Source of the DNA: Fonticula alba ATCC 38817
Lineage: Eukaryota; Protista; Nucleariida
DNA: 64,000 bases
Assembly: GCA_000388065.2 (NCBI GenBank)
Contig: KB932201.1
Direction: 5' to 3' (one strand)
In this document: one piece after another, positions 47,020 to 59,705 of the stretch
Layout: the number at the start of each line of letters is the position of its first letter
Numbering within the stretch: the first letter of the stretch is position 1
Position numbers and translations under genes: made by a program
Notes under the pieces: model-generated
What the model was told of the DNA's origin: nothing
What the model saw: the letters and a program-made list of their open reading frames with translations, nothing else
Database searches by the model: none

Positions 47020-49824
47020 CTAATCATCTGACACATCCACCGCCTGATTCTTGCCGAAGTTCAGGTAGAAGTCATCGAAATCGTCGTCCTCGTCCTCCTG
47101 CCGGCGGTGGCCGGTCGACCGATCGCGGCCGGGACCATTCCGGCTGCTTGCCATGACCGCCGCCATGTGCCGGGCGTAATCCTCATCGTCAACGTGTGCT
47201 CTTCCGATCTTAATCATCTGACACATCCACCGCCTGATTCTTGCCGAAGTTCAGGTAGAAGTCATCGAAATCGTCGTCCTCGTCCTCCTGCCGGCGGTGG
47301 CCGGTCGACCGATCGCGGCCGGGACCATTCCGGCTGCTTGCCATGACCGCCGCCATGTGCCGGGCGTAATCCTCATCGTCAGAGTCGTCCGACCCGCCGA
47401 AGGGATCCGCCAGCGATGAGCCGGGCCCGCCGCCAGTCTCGGGCTCCTCTGGCGCGGGGTCCTGGTCCGCGGCACTGCGGTACTTGGCCAGCCGGCGGAG
47501 GCGCCCATTGAAGAGGACCGCCTTGACGGTGCGTCCGCCGAAAAAGCGGCCATTCAGTGCGCGCACACACTCGGCCGCGGATTCCGGCTGCTCGAAGCGG
47601 ATCGTGCAGGCGCCCTTCGGGTGGANNNNNNNNNNNNNNNNNNNNNNNNNNNNNNNNNCTTGTAAAAAGCGGCCATTCAGTGCGCGCACACACTCGGCCG
47701 CGGATTCCGGCTGCTCGAAGCGGATCGTGCAGGCGCCCTTCGGGTGGAGCTGAGTCGATCGAGGCCCAGGGATACGGGGGGAGGGGCGGGATGTGGGCCG
47801 GCGGTTTCACGTGTCCGGTGCCGGAAGTGCGCGAGCGACGAGAAAGCCCAAGGTGAGTCTGGGTGGATCTGGCATGCACCACCTAATGAGGGGGGGAGGG
47901 GTATACTCTCACGGCAAGCCCGAGGGCCAGGGTCTGATGCGAAGGGAAACGCACATCGTAGATGGTGATCGAGGTGACAACACCGAAGGTCTCGCACTCC
48001 TCGAGAATGTCCTCCTTCAGGTCCACCAGGAGGCCGACGTCCTCCTGTGTGTGCAGCAGGCGTGCATGTGCGTCTGTGTCAGGCAGATTGCACGGGTACA
48101 CAGGTCAGCATGTGGGAGCATGGGCACGGACCTCGATTTCCTGCTTGGTGAACATGTTCTCCAAATACACAAGCCGACAGTCGGCATTGGCCCGAGCCGC
48201 GGCATCGCGCTCTGAGTCCCAGTTCAGACGGCTGTCAGCCAGCCAGCCAGCCAGCCAGCGAGGGTGCCCGGCAGCATGGAGGGAAAGCGTACGTGGCAGA
48301 TGTTAGCCCTTCCCATGGCTGGCTCTTGGCATGGAGAGAGAGAGAAAGGAAAAAAAAAGCAAAAAAAAGCAAAGAGGAATCGAGCAGCGCCCACGATGTG
48401 GTCCAGGCAGACCCAGGCACACACACACACGCACGCCGGGCTGCCAAGCATACGTACCCTTCCAAAAACTCGTACTTGGCCCGGGTCATCATGCGCCGCT
48501 TGAGCTCCTCACGCCGGGCCTTCTCCTGTTCCTTGGCCGACAGTTCGGGCGCATCGGCCCCGGCTGGCCGGGAGGCCTGCTGCCGCGAGCGCTTGGCCGC
48601 AGGCTCACGCGACTTGTCCCCCGACTGGGGGGAGAAGACCGCCCGGCGCACGCTCAGCGGGAAGTTCTGCCCCGGCGGGCGATCCGGCCGAAGGGGAAAC
48701 CCATCGAGCATGTCGATGGCCAGCGGCACGGACTCCGGCCGGAAGTAGGCCACCGTTCCATCGCCCTTCAGCTGGCCGGCCTCATCGCGGTAGAAGCGCA
48801 CCAGCGGCCGCGGCCCGCGCGACAGCTCCCAATACCGCGACGGGTCGCTCGGGTCCTGGGTGTCCTCCTCGTCGTCGGAGTCGTAAATCCCGCCGGTGGC
48901 CACACGCCGGATGTGGGCGGCGATTTCCTCCGCATCCACATCCAGAATCCCATACCGGGAGAAGGTGTCAGCCACCTCGACCAGCGACACATCTGGCGGC
49001 AGCCCGCTGACGTAGAGCACGCGCTCGCGCTTTTGCGCCGGCTGCTGGTCATTCGGCCGCGAGCGCTTTGCCTTGTCCGGTGGCGGGGCCGCCACTTCGG
49101 CCGGGCTGGGACCCGGGGCCGGGGCCTGGGGGGCGGCCAGGCCGCCCGGCGCCGCCGGCGCGACGAAAGCATCCTCCGCTGGGGCCATTGACGCCTGCAC
49201 CGCGGCCAGGGCTGCCTCAGCGGCGGCACGCATCCGCGCATCCAGCTCCGAGTCCAGCTGGTGCTGGCCAAGCCAGTTGGCCGCGGCCGCCTCATCGTCG
49301 CCATCGCCAGGGCCATTGGGCCCGGAAGTGGCAGGCTCCTCGGAGGGAATGGCGCCGCCGGGCGCGTCCTCGGCGGCCGCACGTGCAAGACCAGCCACAT
49401 TCGCAGCAGGGGCAGTCGCATCGACGGCGGCGACGGCGTCAGCCGATTCCGCATCGGTGGCGCCGGCGGCGGCCGCCTGGCGCTGCTGCTCGATCATGCG
49501 CTCGAGCTCGCGCGCCAACTCCGGGTCTTCATCTTCCTCCTCGTCGTCATCCTCGGCCTGGTCGCCTGGAGAACCGGGCTGCGGCCCGGCCGAAAGGACC
49601 GAGCCGCTGGGCTGCGGCCCGGCCGAAAGGACCGAGCTGCTGGCCTGTCCGACCAGGGCCGGCGGGACAATAAGCTGGCCGCCCGGCGCGGCATCCAATT
49701 GCGCAAAGAGATCCAACACAGCGCCGTCATCATTTGGCTGGGTGGCGCCAGGGGCCGCTGGCGTTCCGGAGTTCATCTCCAGTTCGCGGAGCAGGTCATC
49801 GAAGCCGTCGGCAGAGGGGTCCAT
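47020..49824 (-). CDS. HTATSF1: HIV Tat-specific factor 1 / Cus2 homolog (U2 snRNP factor; RRM + UHM)
   Basis: join(49824..48458,48231..48132,48044..47955,47749..47020), minus artefact duplications. RRM1: LYVSGLPPDV...YRDEAGQLKGDGTVAYFRPESVPLAIDMLDG. UHM: LENMF...LKEDILEECETFG...HPKGACTIRF...LNGRFFGGR. Confidence 0.92.
47192..47210 (+). other. Illumina TruSeq adapter remnant between 171-bp duplicates (47021..47191 / 47211..47381)
   Basis: Exact ACGTGTGCTCTTCCGATCT with identical flanking copies. A further 85-bp duplicate (47541..47625 / 47664..47748) straddles gap 47626..47658. Confidence 0.97.
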
Positions 49825-49940
49825 CTGGCACGAGGAGGCAAGGGGAGAAGACCGGCAGCAAGGAGGAGGGCAGAAGCGGGAGGAAGGGGGAGATGGGCGC
49901 GTGTGCGTGTGCGCGCGTGTCCGAGGGGAGGCAAGATAAC

Positions 49941-49989
<49 letters not shown>

Positions 49990-51058
49990 NNNNNNNNNNN
50001 NNNNNNNNNNNNNNNNNNNNNNNNNNNNNNNNNNNNNNNNNNNNNNNNNNNNNNNNNNNNNNNNNNNNNNNNNNNNNNNNNNNNNNNNNAGAGAGAGAGA
50101 GAGAGAGGGAGAGAGAGAGAAAGGGAAAGAGGACAGGGAAAGGGAGTGTGTCGTGGCTTGCGGCGTGGGTGCCAGCGGCGTGGGCCCGATGCCTGCACTA
50201 GAGGCGGCGATAAAGCGCGCGATCGGGGGGCGGGATCTGGACATCCAGCACACACATCACGCGGGGGCATGACCATCATTCACGACTCTGCCAACCCACT
50301 CCTTGGACGCCCGCCGGGTTGACCGCCCTGCTCGCTCCTGCGGTCCCAGGACCGGCCAGTTAGCTGGCCTGTGCGTTCCGGGGGCGTCGGACGTCGGGCA
50401 GGCTGTTTTATTCCTTTCCAGGCCGGACGGAACCGAACCCCCCCCCCCCCCCCCTGCCCTCCTCCTCTGGGCGGAGTGTGCTTGCGTCTGGACCAGGGAG
50501 ATGCGGGGGATGGGAGCGCATGCCCAGGGGGGCGGGACGGGAGGGGGGGGGGGACTCCCCGAGTCCGTGGGCGGGAGAGGGCAGATGCCGGAGCGCGGGC
50601 GCGCACAAGCGGCGGTCGCCGCCCGGAGCCCCCCGGGTGTTTGTTATTGCCCCACGAAGGTTATGGCCCCTTGGGGGCTACACCGGGGGCAGGGCCGTCG
50701 CCCCGGGGGCGACACCGGCTGTTTTCTCTCCACTTGCAGGTCCGCCAGGGGATGAGGCCCGATTACACACCCACACCCACAGGCCTTCAAACTGCGCGCG
50801 TACACACTATTCGCCCGGACCCGCCCCCTGCTGCTTGCGCCTCCGTGGGCAAAGATGGCAGCCCCCATTTTCCCCCCGTGCGGGATCCCCCCCCGCCGTC
50901 CCCAAGGGCCACTGCCCCAAGAGCCGGATCCGGGGCCCTCTCAACCCCCGTCTCCTTTCTTCCTCCTTCCTTTTCCTCCTCGCCCTCCCCCGCCTCCCTC
51001 CCCACCCATTCCTCTACCCTCTCCCTCGCCCCCCCCCCTCTCCCTCTTTCTCCCACCC

Positions 51059-54000
51059 ATGACCGGCGATGAGGCCCCGGCGGGCCTGAGCAGCAGCGAC
51101 AGCGGCAGCAGCGGCACCGACACCGCCCCAGCGGGTGATTTGTCTCCTCCCGCGTCTCCAGGGCGCTCGGCTGTCTCGTCTCCCGCGAGCCCTCCTCACA
51201 CGCCAGCGGCGCCGGAACACCCGGAGTCCGATGCCCGGTCTTCGCCTCGGCCTTCGACCAATGTATCCCCCTCGATGGCCGGCGTCGGTGCTGGTCAGTC
51301 CCCTGTAGCGTCGCCCTCCCTTCCCCGCCCCTCCCCCCCCCCTTCCCGCCCGGTTGCTGGGACTGACCTGCCCGATTCCTGCCCCACGGTAGCACACATT
51401 CTCCCTTCCTTCGAGGCGGATCGCGCCCAGTTCCGGCACTTCCTCCGCAGCTACACCTGCTACGATACTCTGCCGATCAGCGGGCGCGTTGTCGTCCTGG
51501 ACACCGCTCTCCCCGTGAAGAAGGCCTTCCATGCGCTGTTGCAAAATGGTCCGCCGCACGCCGGGTCTCCTGCCATTCTCAACGCTCCCCGTCCTCACCC
51601 AGTGTGCCTCCTCGCGCGCGCTCTCTCCCCCTCTCCTCTCTTTCCGTCCCTCCCCCCCCCCCACACACACCAGAGCTCCGCGCGGCGCCTCTCTTCGATT
51701 CGCGCCGGCACAAGATCATCGGCATGCTGACGGTCACCGACTTCATCAACATCCTCCGGTACGTGGCCGTCTCCTTCCTCCTTCGCTGCCTACCTTTGCC
51801 CGGCCATTTCCCGTCTAACAGGGGCGGCTTCCCCTCCATGGCCTCCTCCAACCCCCCCCCCCCCCCGCGCTCCCCCCGCCATAGGTATTACCACTACTTC
51901 CCCGACGAGGCCATGCGCCGGGGCATCCGCCTGGACGATCAGCGCATCCAAGGCTGGCGTGACACCGACATCTCCCTGCTCCTGAAGTACCGGAGCCTGT
52001 CGCAGGCCTCCGATGCCGGGGGGGACTCTCCGCAAGTGGCCGAGTCGTCGCCCCCCTCGCCCTCGGACGAGCCGGCTCCTCCCTGCTGCGCGGACTACGC
52101 CTATCGCCCCACGCCGCTGGACCAGCCCCCGCACCTGGTGAGTGCCTCGCCTCTGACCACGCTGCTGGACGCGGCCCGGGAGCTGGTTTCCCACCGGATC
52201 CATCGCCTGCCGATTCTCGAACCCGTGGAGGTCCCAGCCGTGCCGATGCCGGTCGCCCCGCCGGTCGCCGATCCGGCTGACTCCCTGGCCCTTGGCACCG
52301 GCGGCGCTGGGTCCCCCCTGGCCCCGGTCGACCCGGGCACCGGAGGGTCCCCCTTGGTTGCGCCCCTATCGACGGAGGGTGCGTTTCCCCCTCTTCCCCC
52401 TCTCTCCATCTTCTTCCACGCCTGCACCTATCACTTGTCTTGCCCGCCCCCTCCTCCTCCCCCCTTCTGCATTCCTTCGTGCAGGTGTACACCCCATTTT
52501 CTCCCTCCCCCCTGACACCGAGCCCACTTCAGTCCTCGAGACCCCGCTCGGCGATGGCGATGGCGGGCCCGCCGCAGCCCTCCACACCGTGGACGAGCAC
52601 GACGAGTATCCCGTGTCCCGGCGTGGCTTGGCAGTTGACTCGTCGGCGGATTTGTGCGACAGCGCGGCGGCCGACGCTCGCGCCGTGGTGGCCGATCTCG
52701 CGGCGGCGGCGATGGCCGCTGCGGCGGCGGCGGCTGCCGCCGGCGGCACCAACACCCTCGATCCCCCATTCATGGCCCTTGACGCCGAGCTCCCGGCCGA
52801 TGCCCTTCTGGCAGCCGCCGCGGCGGATCCCTATTTTGACGGCCTGGATCCCATTCCGGCGGCCGATGTGCTGGCAGCCACGGCGGCGGCCGAGGCCCTG
52901 TCGGATCTTGGCGGGGCGGTGATCAAGTCCCGTCGGGGGACTTCCCCAGAGCTCCATGACTCCATCGAGTCGCTGTCGCTGTATGCCGCGGGGGCGGGCC
53001 CAGTTAGCGGCGTGGCCATGGCCCCCTCGGAGCTGCCTGGCCCGCCGGCTGATATGTCGGTGCTGTCGTCCACCGGGGCGGAGGTCTTCCCCTCCGGCGA
53101 GCAGCCGACGTCCCTCTCGCCGCCTGCCAGTGCCTCCGGCTCCGTGGCCGCGGCCACTCCCTCGGGCATTCCCTCCTCCGCTTCGGTTTCAGTTCCCCCC
53201 TCGGAGGAGGGCGTCGCCGGGACGGCCGACCCGTCGGTCGCCAACAGCCCGGCACTCAGCCCGGTCCCTTCGATCGCCGAGGCCCCAGACAACATTGTCG
53301 GTGTTATCAGCCAGTTCAAGATCTTGCGCTTCATCGCGCACTATGTATGTCCTCGGTGGCACTAGCGTGCCGCGTGGCAGCCTCTCTTCTTCGCCCCCTC
53401 CCCCCTCTCTCCCCCTTCCTGCCCTCTCTCGGTCCTGCCGCACACATGGTGTGTGTGTGTGTGTGTGTGTGTGCCGATGTGCACCTCTTTTTTGGTCTAA
53501 CTGGTCGCTCTTCCGTCCCCCCCCCCTCCCATCACCGACGGCTACACGCGTTGGGCTCAGTTCCCCCACCGGCTGGCTCTGTTTGATGTGCCCATCGCCA
53601 GCCTTGGCATCGGGTCCTTCGGGCCAAATGTCGTCACGGTCACCCCGTCCGAGCCGCTGATCACCGTGCTGGACCTGTTTGCCACCCGACGTGTGTCTGC
53701 TGTGCCCGTTGTCGACGAGTCTGGCTCCCTGTTGGACGTCTACGAGAAGTTCGATGTGTCGGTATGTGTGTCGGCTTTCCGGTGCCCGTGCCGCTTGGCC
53801 CGAGTCGCGGGTCTTTGGCTGCGTCTGTCCGTTCGCTGACGAATCGCCATGCATTACCCCCCCCCCTCCCCCCCTCCCCCAACAACAAGTACCTCGCCCG
53901 TGATGCTTGCTTCGACAACTTGACCATGACCGTGCGTGAGGCCCTCGCGCACCGGACCTCACATCATGAAGCGGACGCCGCGGCGGCCGCCGCGTCGGCA

Positions 54001-54333
54001 CAGCCGCAGGGCGCCCCCGCGCACGGGGTTTTCACGTGCGGAAAGCAAGACCGGCTGGGGTCCTTCTTCGCGGTGATTCGCGCGTATCCCGGCATTCGGC
54101 GACTGGTCATCCTGGACGACGACCCGCCGGCACCGGTGGACTCGGCCCCTGTGGTCACCTCCCCCTCCTCGTCTGCGGAGGCCGCCGAGCAGGACGCCTT
54201 GGATGCTGGCACGGACACCGGCGGGCCGGACTCGGTGCCAATCTCCCCCAGCGTGATCCCTGTCCGCCGGGTGTACGGCGTCATCAGCCTTTCAGACATT
54301 CTGGCTTTCCTGGTGTCCGATCCGTCGGCCTAG
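51059..54333 (+). CDS. PRKAG: AMP-activated protein kinase gamma subunit / Snf4 (4 CBS repeats), 841 aa
   Basis: join(51059..51548,51674..51758,51885..52378,52533..53344,53561..53761,53890..54333). Motifs: TCYDTLPISGRVVVLDTALPVKKAFHALLQN, LRAAPLFDS, GMLTVTDFINIL, IHRLPI, RRVSAVPVVDE, YEKFDV, GVISLSDILAFL. Confidence 0.95.
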
Positions 54334-55013
54334 ACACCCCTGGTCCTTTCGCTCTTCCCCCCCCCCCCCCCCCCCCCTGTTCAATCATCACATAGAATTC
54401 CTCTCCCTGGTGCCCCCCGAAGCCCCCTCCGCCCCCAAATGCACCGAGTCCTTGTTGCTTCGATGCCGTTCTTCAACTCCCTCTACTGTCTGTAAGTGAC
54501 TTTTTTCGTGTCCCGGGGCCGCCGTGTGGGCGGGAAATCATCGACGGCTGGCAAGCAGGCCGCCTGCGCGCGCAGGTTGTGGGCTAACATGGACTCACGT
54601 GATAACTGTCGAACTTTTTTATCCTTGCAAGGACTTCGGTTGGGATTCGGGCATCCATTTCTGGCTGGTCCCGGCAGGTGGTATGGCTGTGGTAGGGGAG
54701 GGGGGGGGCTCGTGGGTGGGCGGGCCGGTGATTGCACGGTCGTTGCGGGCGTGGTTGCGCCGCGCGGTGCCCCGTTTTTGGGAGATGGCATAGAAATCAA
54801 TGACCGTGGCCAGGATCAGCGATCTCCTTTCGACATCCCCCCCCCCCTCCCCCTCCGCCTATCTCTTTCTCTTTCTTTCTTTCTTTCTCTCTCTCTCTCC
54901 CCTCCGTCTTTCCATTCCTGCGCGCCCCTCTTCTTGTGCTCTTCTCTTCCTCTGCGGCAGGACCTCACGCACCAGGAGACCGAGATCGAGCGGCCCATCC
55001 TCCCTCCGCCCTG

Positions 55014-55805
55014 ATGACGAAGAAGGGTTCCTCTTCAAGCAGCAGCTCCAAGCCCGCGGCCAAGGGCAGCTCCAAGACGCCGGCCGCGCCTGAGCCGACG
55101 GCCCCTCCGCCCCGGCGGCAGAAGGCCAGGATTGTCACATCCGGCAATGCAGGCAACTCCTCGAAATCCGCCCCTGCCCCGAGTGCGCCGGCCCAGCCGC
55201 TGCCTGACACGGGCGAGCTTCCCTACACCCAAGCTCTGCGCACCTGGACCGGAAAACTGCCGAATGTCCTGCTGATCGAGTTCTGCCGCAAGCAGACCAA
55301 TTGGATGGCACCTCAGTTCAATGAGGTATGCTGAGCTCCTCTCTCCCTCCCTCTCGTCTCCCTCTCTCCCTCTCTTCCCCCCCCCCCCCCCCTCCCCCCC
55401 CCCCCCTCTCCGCCTATCCCCCTGTCTGGCCTCAATCAAGCCGGTATCACTAACACGCAAGCAATCGTGCTATCCACGTATCCCGATCCTCGTATGTGTA
55501 CCTAGAGCAACAAGGGAGGTCAATTTAGCTCCAGTGTGGTGCTGCTGAAGAAGGCCAATCAACGAAGCACCGAAACGACGGCTGTGCGGTTTAGATGTCC
55601 CGGAACCTTTGCCACTGCGTCCGAAGCTCGGCAGCATGGCGCTACTTATGTCCTGAGCCAGGTACATGGCACTCCCGTCCGCTCTCCTCCCCTCATCCCC
55701 TTCTCTCTTTCTTGGCTGGGATCACAAGGCCGGAGCCGTAGTTGCACATGGGCCAACCGATGCCAGCAAGACGCCACCCCCATTTTCCTGGACGTTCTCT
55801 GACAC

Positions 55806-55838
<33 letters not shown>

Positions 55839-56500
55839 NNNNNNNNNNCTTTCCTCCATCTTTCCTCTCTCTCTCTCTCTCTCCAGGTCTCCTGTCATCG
55901 GAACATCGGCGTCATGATTCCCCCCGGCTATCGGGACTTCTACCGGGACCATGTGGCCGAGTATATCAAGAAGCTGCCGGACCAGAAGCCACCCGCCGAG
56001 ATGCCAGATCCCTTTGCCCCGAAGAAAGAGCCTGTGCCGCCGCCGAGCGCTGCCAAATCCCGCCCCCCGGCTGCACGGAAAACCACCGTACGCCCCGACA
56101 TGTGCCCATTTTCGGTTTGTCAGCTTGACTCCCTCATTCCCCTTTGTCGGTCTCCTCTTAACACGTTTGCCTGTTCCCCCTCCCTCCTTGGACATCCTCC
56201 CTGTGTGGATGCTCCTGGCCACCTGCCCCCTTCCCTTCCTCCCTCTGTCTCTTTCCCCCTCTCTCCCCCCCCCACAGACTTCCGAGCTTCAGCTGCAGCC
56301 CGGTGTGCGGGACAAGCTCGAGCAGTTCCTCATCTCCTCGGCTTCCTCCAGCGATGCGCTCCCCTCGCAGCTGGCCCAGCAGCGCCCGCTCGACCGCAAG
56401 TCCAACCAGGTGCGCCCCATCCCTGCCGTCGCTTCTGCTATGCTGGACCCATGACGGACCTTGGGTGTTTTGCTGACCCCTTCTCCCCTCTTCACCGCTT

Positions 56501-56537
<37 letters not shown>

Positions 56538-59500
56538 CACGCACGCACGCACGCACGCACACACGCACGCACGCAGTACAAGCAGCTGGTTGATGCACTT
56601 GGCAAGATGGGCCTGCGGGATTTCATGATTTCCGAATGTATCGAGCATCTGTGGACGGAATCCGGCCACACTACTGGCGTGCAGACCCTGCCGACGCTGA
56701 GTGCCTGTGTGGACTGGCTGTCGCTCATGGTGCCGGAGGATGATCTGCCGAAGGCCCTGCAGGCGTCGGCCACCATCCAGCTCCTGTCGAAGAGCAGCTT
56801 TGAGACGGATCAGGTGGTTTCCTGGCTCCGGTCATTTGGGTATACCCGTGCACAGGCACAGCAGGCGCTCGCATTGCACACCGGTGCAGCTGCCGGTGCT
56901 GCGGGCCCGCTGCTGGACCCGCGTCAGGCGGGCAACATTTTTGCCACCGGCCTGCTGACCCTTCGTTGGCTGCTGGACGGCGCGCAAGGCCCGGCGGCGC
57001 GGGATCTGCTGTTTGATGGGAGCACCGGTGCCGGGGCCACTCCCGACAAGGCAGCCATCAATGAGGAGCTGGGCATCCTTGACAGCATGCTGGACGCACG
57101 GAGCTTCCAGGTGAAGCGCTCGTGGGAGAATGGTCTGGCCCATGTGGTGACCCTGCGAGTGCGTAATGCGGGCCGTGCCTCCGGGGCCCAACTTGCCCTG
57201 TACATTCCCCTCCTGGCGGCTGGGGCGTCGGCCTATCCATTGGCGTCCATCCCGCTTGTCACGGTACTCCCGGGGACCTCGGAGTTGACAACATACATGT
57301 GTGTGTTCCTCGCGCGGCGCCTGCACCGGGCGCTGCTTGGCGATGAGTCTGGCACCGGGAGCACCCTCGGCATGCCAAGCATTTACTATGCCCTGCAATG
57401 GGCCGAGGAGCACTTTGCCGACCTCGTCAGCACGCCCCCCTCGCTGGTGGCCATGTACCAGGGTGCGTGCCTTCTTGTGGGCTTTTTTCTTCTGTCTCCC
57501 CCCCCCCTCTCTCTCTCTGCCTCTTCTCCTCTTCCCCGCGCAGGCGTCATCCCTCTGCCCCCTTCGGGGCCTTGCTATGGCAGGCCTCCTGCGTCCATTC
57601 CCTCTCCGCCCGAGCGATCGCCACTCACATCCATGTCCTGCTGTATGGGCTTTTGCCCTGTGGCGGTGCGTTGCATAGAGCGCACCAGCAATGCCGAGGG
57701 CGGCTTCTCCATCGACCGGAGTGCCACCAGCGAAGAGACGTCCATCCGGCCGCAGTCCCGCCGGCGCCCGGCCGATCACTTCCCCGGCTTCAAGCGCCAA
57801 TGCGAGGACTTCCAGTCTCGGTCGCGGACCGCGGACTTCAAGAAGATGCTCAACGAGCGCCAGCGCCTGCCTGCCTGGCCGGAGCGGAGCAACATCCTCA
57901 AGGTGCGCCCGAGGCGGCCACTATGCCCCCCCCCCCCCCCTCCCNNNNNNNNNNNNNNNNNNNNNNNNNNNNNNNNNNNNNNNNNNNNNNNNNCCTCCCT
58001 CCGCCCTCTTCCTCCGTCTAAACGCAGATCATCGAAGACAGCCAGACAACCGTTCTCACGGGAGAAACGGGCTCCGGCAAGACGACCCAGGTTCCGCAAT
58101 ACCTGCTGGAGCGTTCCCTCGAGACGCAAACCCCGTGCAATATCATTGTCACGCAGCCGCGGTACCTTACATGCCCATTGTTCCTGTTTCGGTTTCCTTT
58201 TTGCCCCCCCCCCCCCCCCCTTCGTGCTCTTCTTCCTCATCGCCCTCGCCATGCCCGCTCCTTCTGCTCATGCGCAAGGGGGTCCAGAGGGGCTGTGCGG
58301 ATGCGCTTCTTGCTTGACATGCCCCCCTCCCCTCTCTGACCCTCACGATGTCTTGACGCGTCACCAGGCGAATGGCCGCCGTGTCGATCGCCAAGCGTGT
58401 GTCCGATGAGCAAGTGGTCCCGGTGGGCGATCTCATCGGCTACAGCGTGCGTTTCGACTCGAAGGTCTCGGCAAGCACCCGGCTGCGTTTTTGCACGACC
58501 GGTGTGTTGTTGCGCCTGCTGCAGGATGAGGACCCGCTGGCTGGCATCACGCACATTGTCATCGATGAGGTGCACGAGCGGTCCACCGAGATCGACATTG
58601 CCCTGTGCATGATGCGTGAACTGCTTACTCGGCGTCCGGGTTTGAAGTTGATCATCATGTCGGCGACCGTCAATTCGGACCTCTTCCAGCGGTACTTTGC
58701 TCGCAAGGAAACTCTCCCGCCGATTGTGTCCATCTCTGGGCGGACCTTCCCGGTGAAGGTCATCCCTCTGGAGAAGTCCATCGCCCTGTGTCACTTCCAT
58801 GGGGGTGGCACCAGCGAGTACGTCGGCCATGGGCCATTTCTTTCCCCCTCTCTTTCTTTCCCTCTCTCTCTCTCTCCCCCTCTTTTCCCTCTTTTTCTTC
58901 CTCTCCCGCTTTCTTGCCTTCTTTTTTCCTCCCCTGCCCTGCTGACCGCCCCTCGCACGCGCCTGCCTTTTCATTTGCCCTGGTCTTCGCATCGAATCCA
59001 CTCCCGTGCCAGATCGGTGGATATGCTGGCCAAGCGGGTTTCCTCCGATGTGCGCATCATGTTTGAATTCATCAACAACCTGGTCGGACACATCATGAAG
59101 GCCCAGCCTGCCGGGGATATCCTGATTTTCATGCCCGGTGTCGGTGAGATCAACCAAGCGGTGTCGCAGCTGGAGAAGAACTGGCCGTTGATTGCGTCCA
59201 AGTTCTCCGTTACCGAGCAAATCCCGGTGATCCTTCCCCTTCATGCATCGCTGTCGAACTTCGAGCAGACCCTTGTCTTTGCCAAGCCGCCGGCCGGTCG
59301 ACGCAAGGTCATCATCTCGACAAATGTGGCCGAGGCATCAGTCACCATGTGCGCAGTACTTTTGCCGCTTCTCATGCCGGTTTCTCGCTCCTTCTCTCTC
59401 TCTCTCTCTCCTTCTCTCTTTCCTCCTTCTGCCCCTCTCTCTTGGATTCTGTATGTCTCCTCCTCACCTCCTCTCTTTCTCTGTTCTTTTTGCTTTCCAC

Positions 59501-59667
59501 CCTCTAGCGATGGCATTGTGCACGTCATCGACTCAGGCTTCTCGAAGATGATGTACTTCGACAATGAGAACGGCGCACACCACCTGCGCACGGAGATTGT
59601 TTCCGAGGCCAACGTCCGCCAGCGTCAGGGTCGTGCGGGTCGTACTCGCGCCGGGTACGTGCTAGAT

Positions 59668-59705
<38 letters not shown>

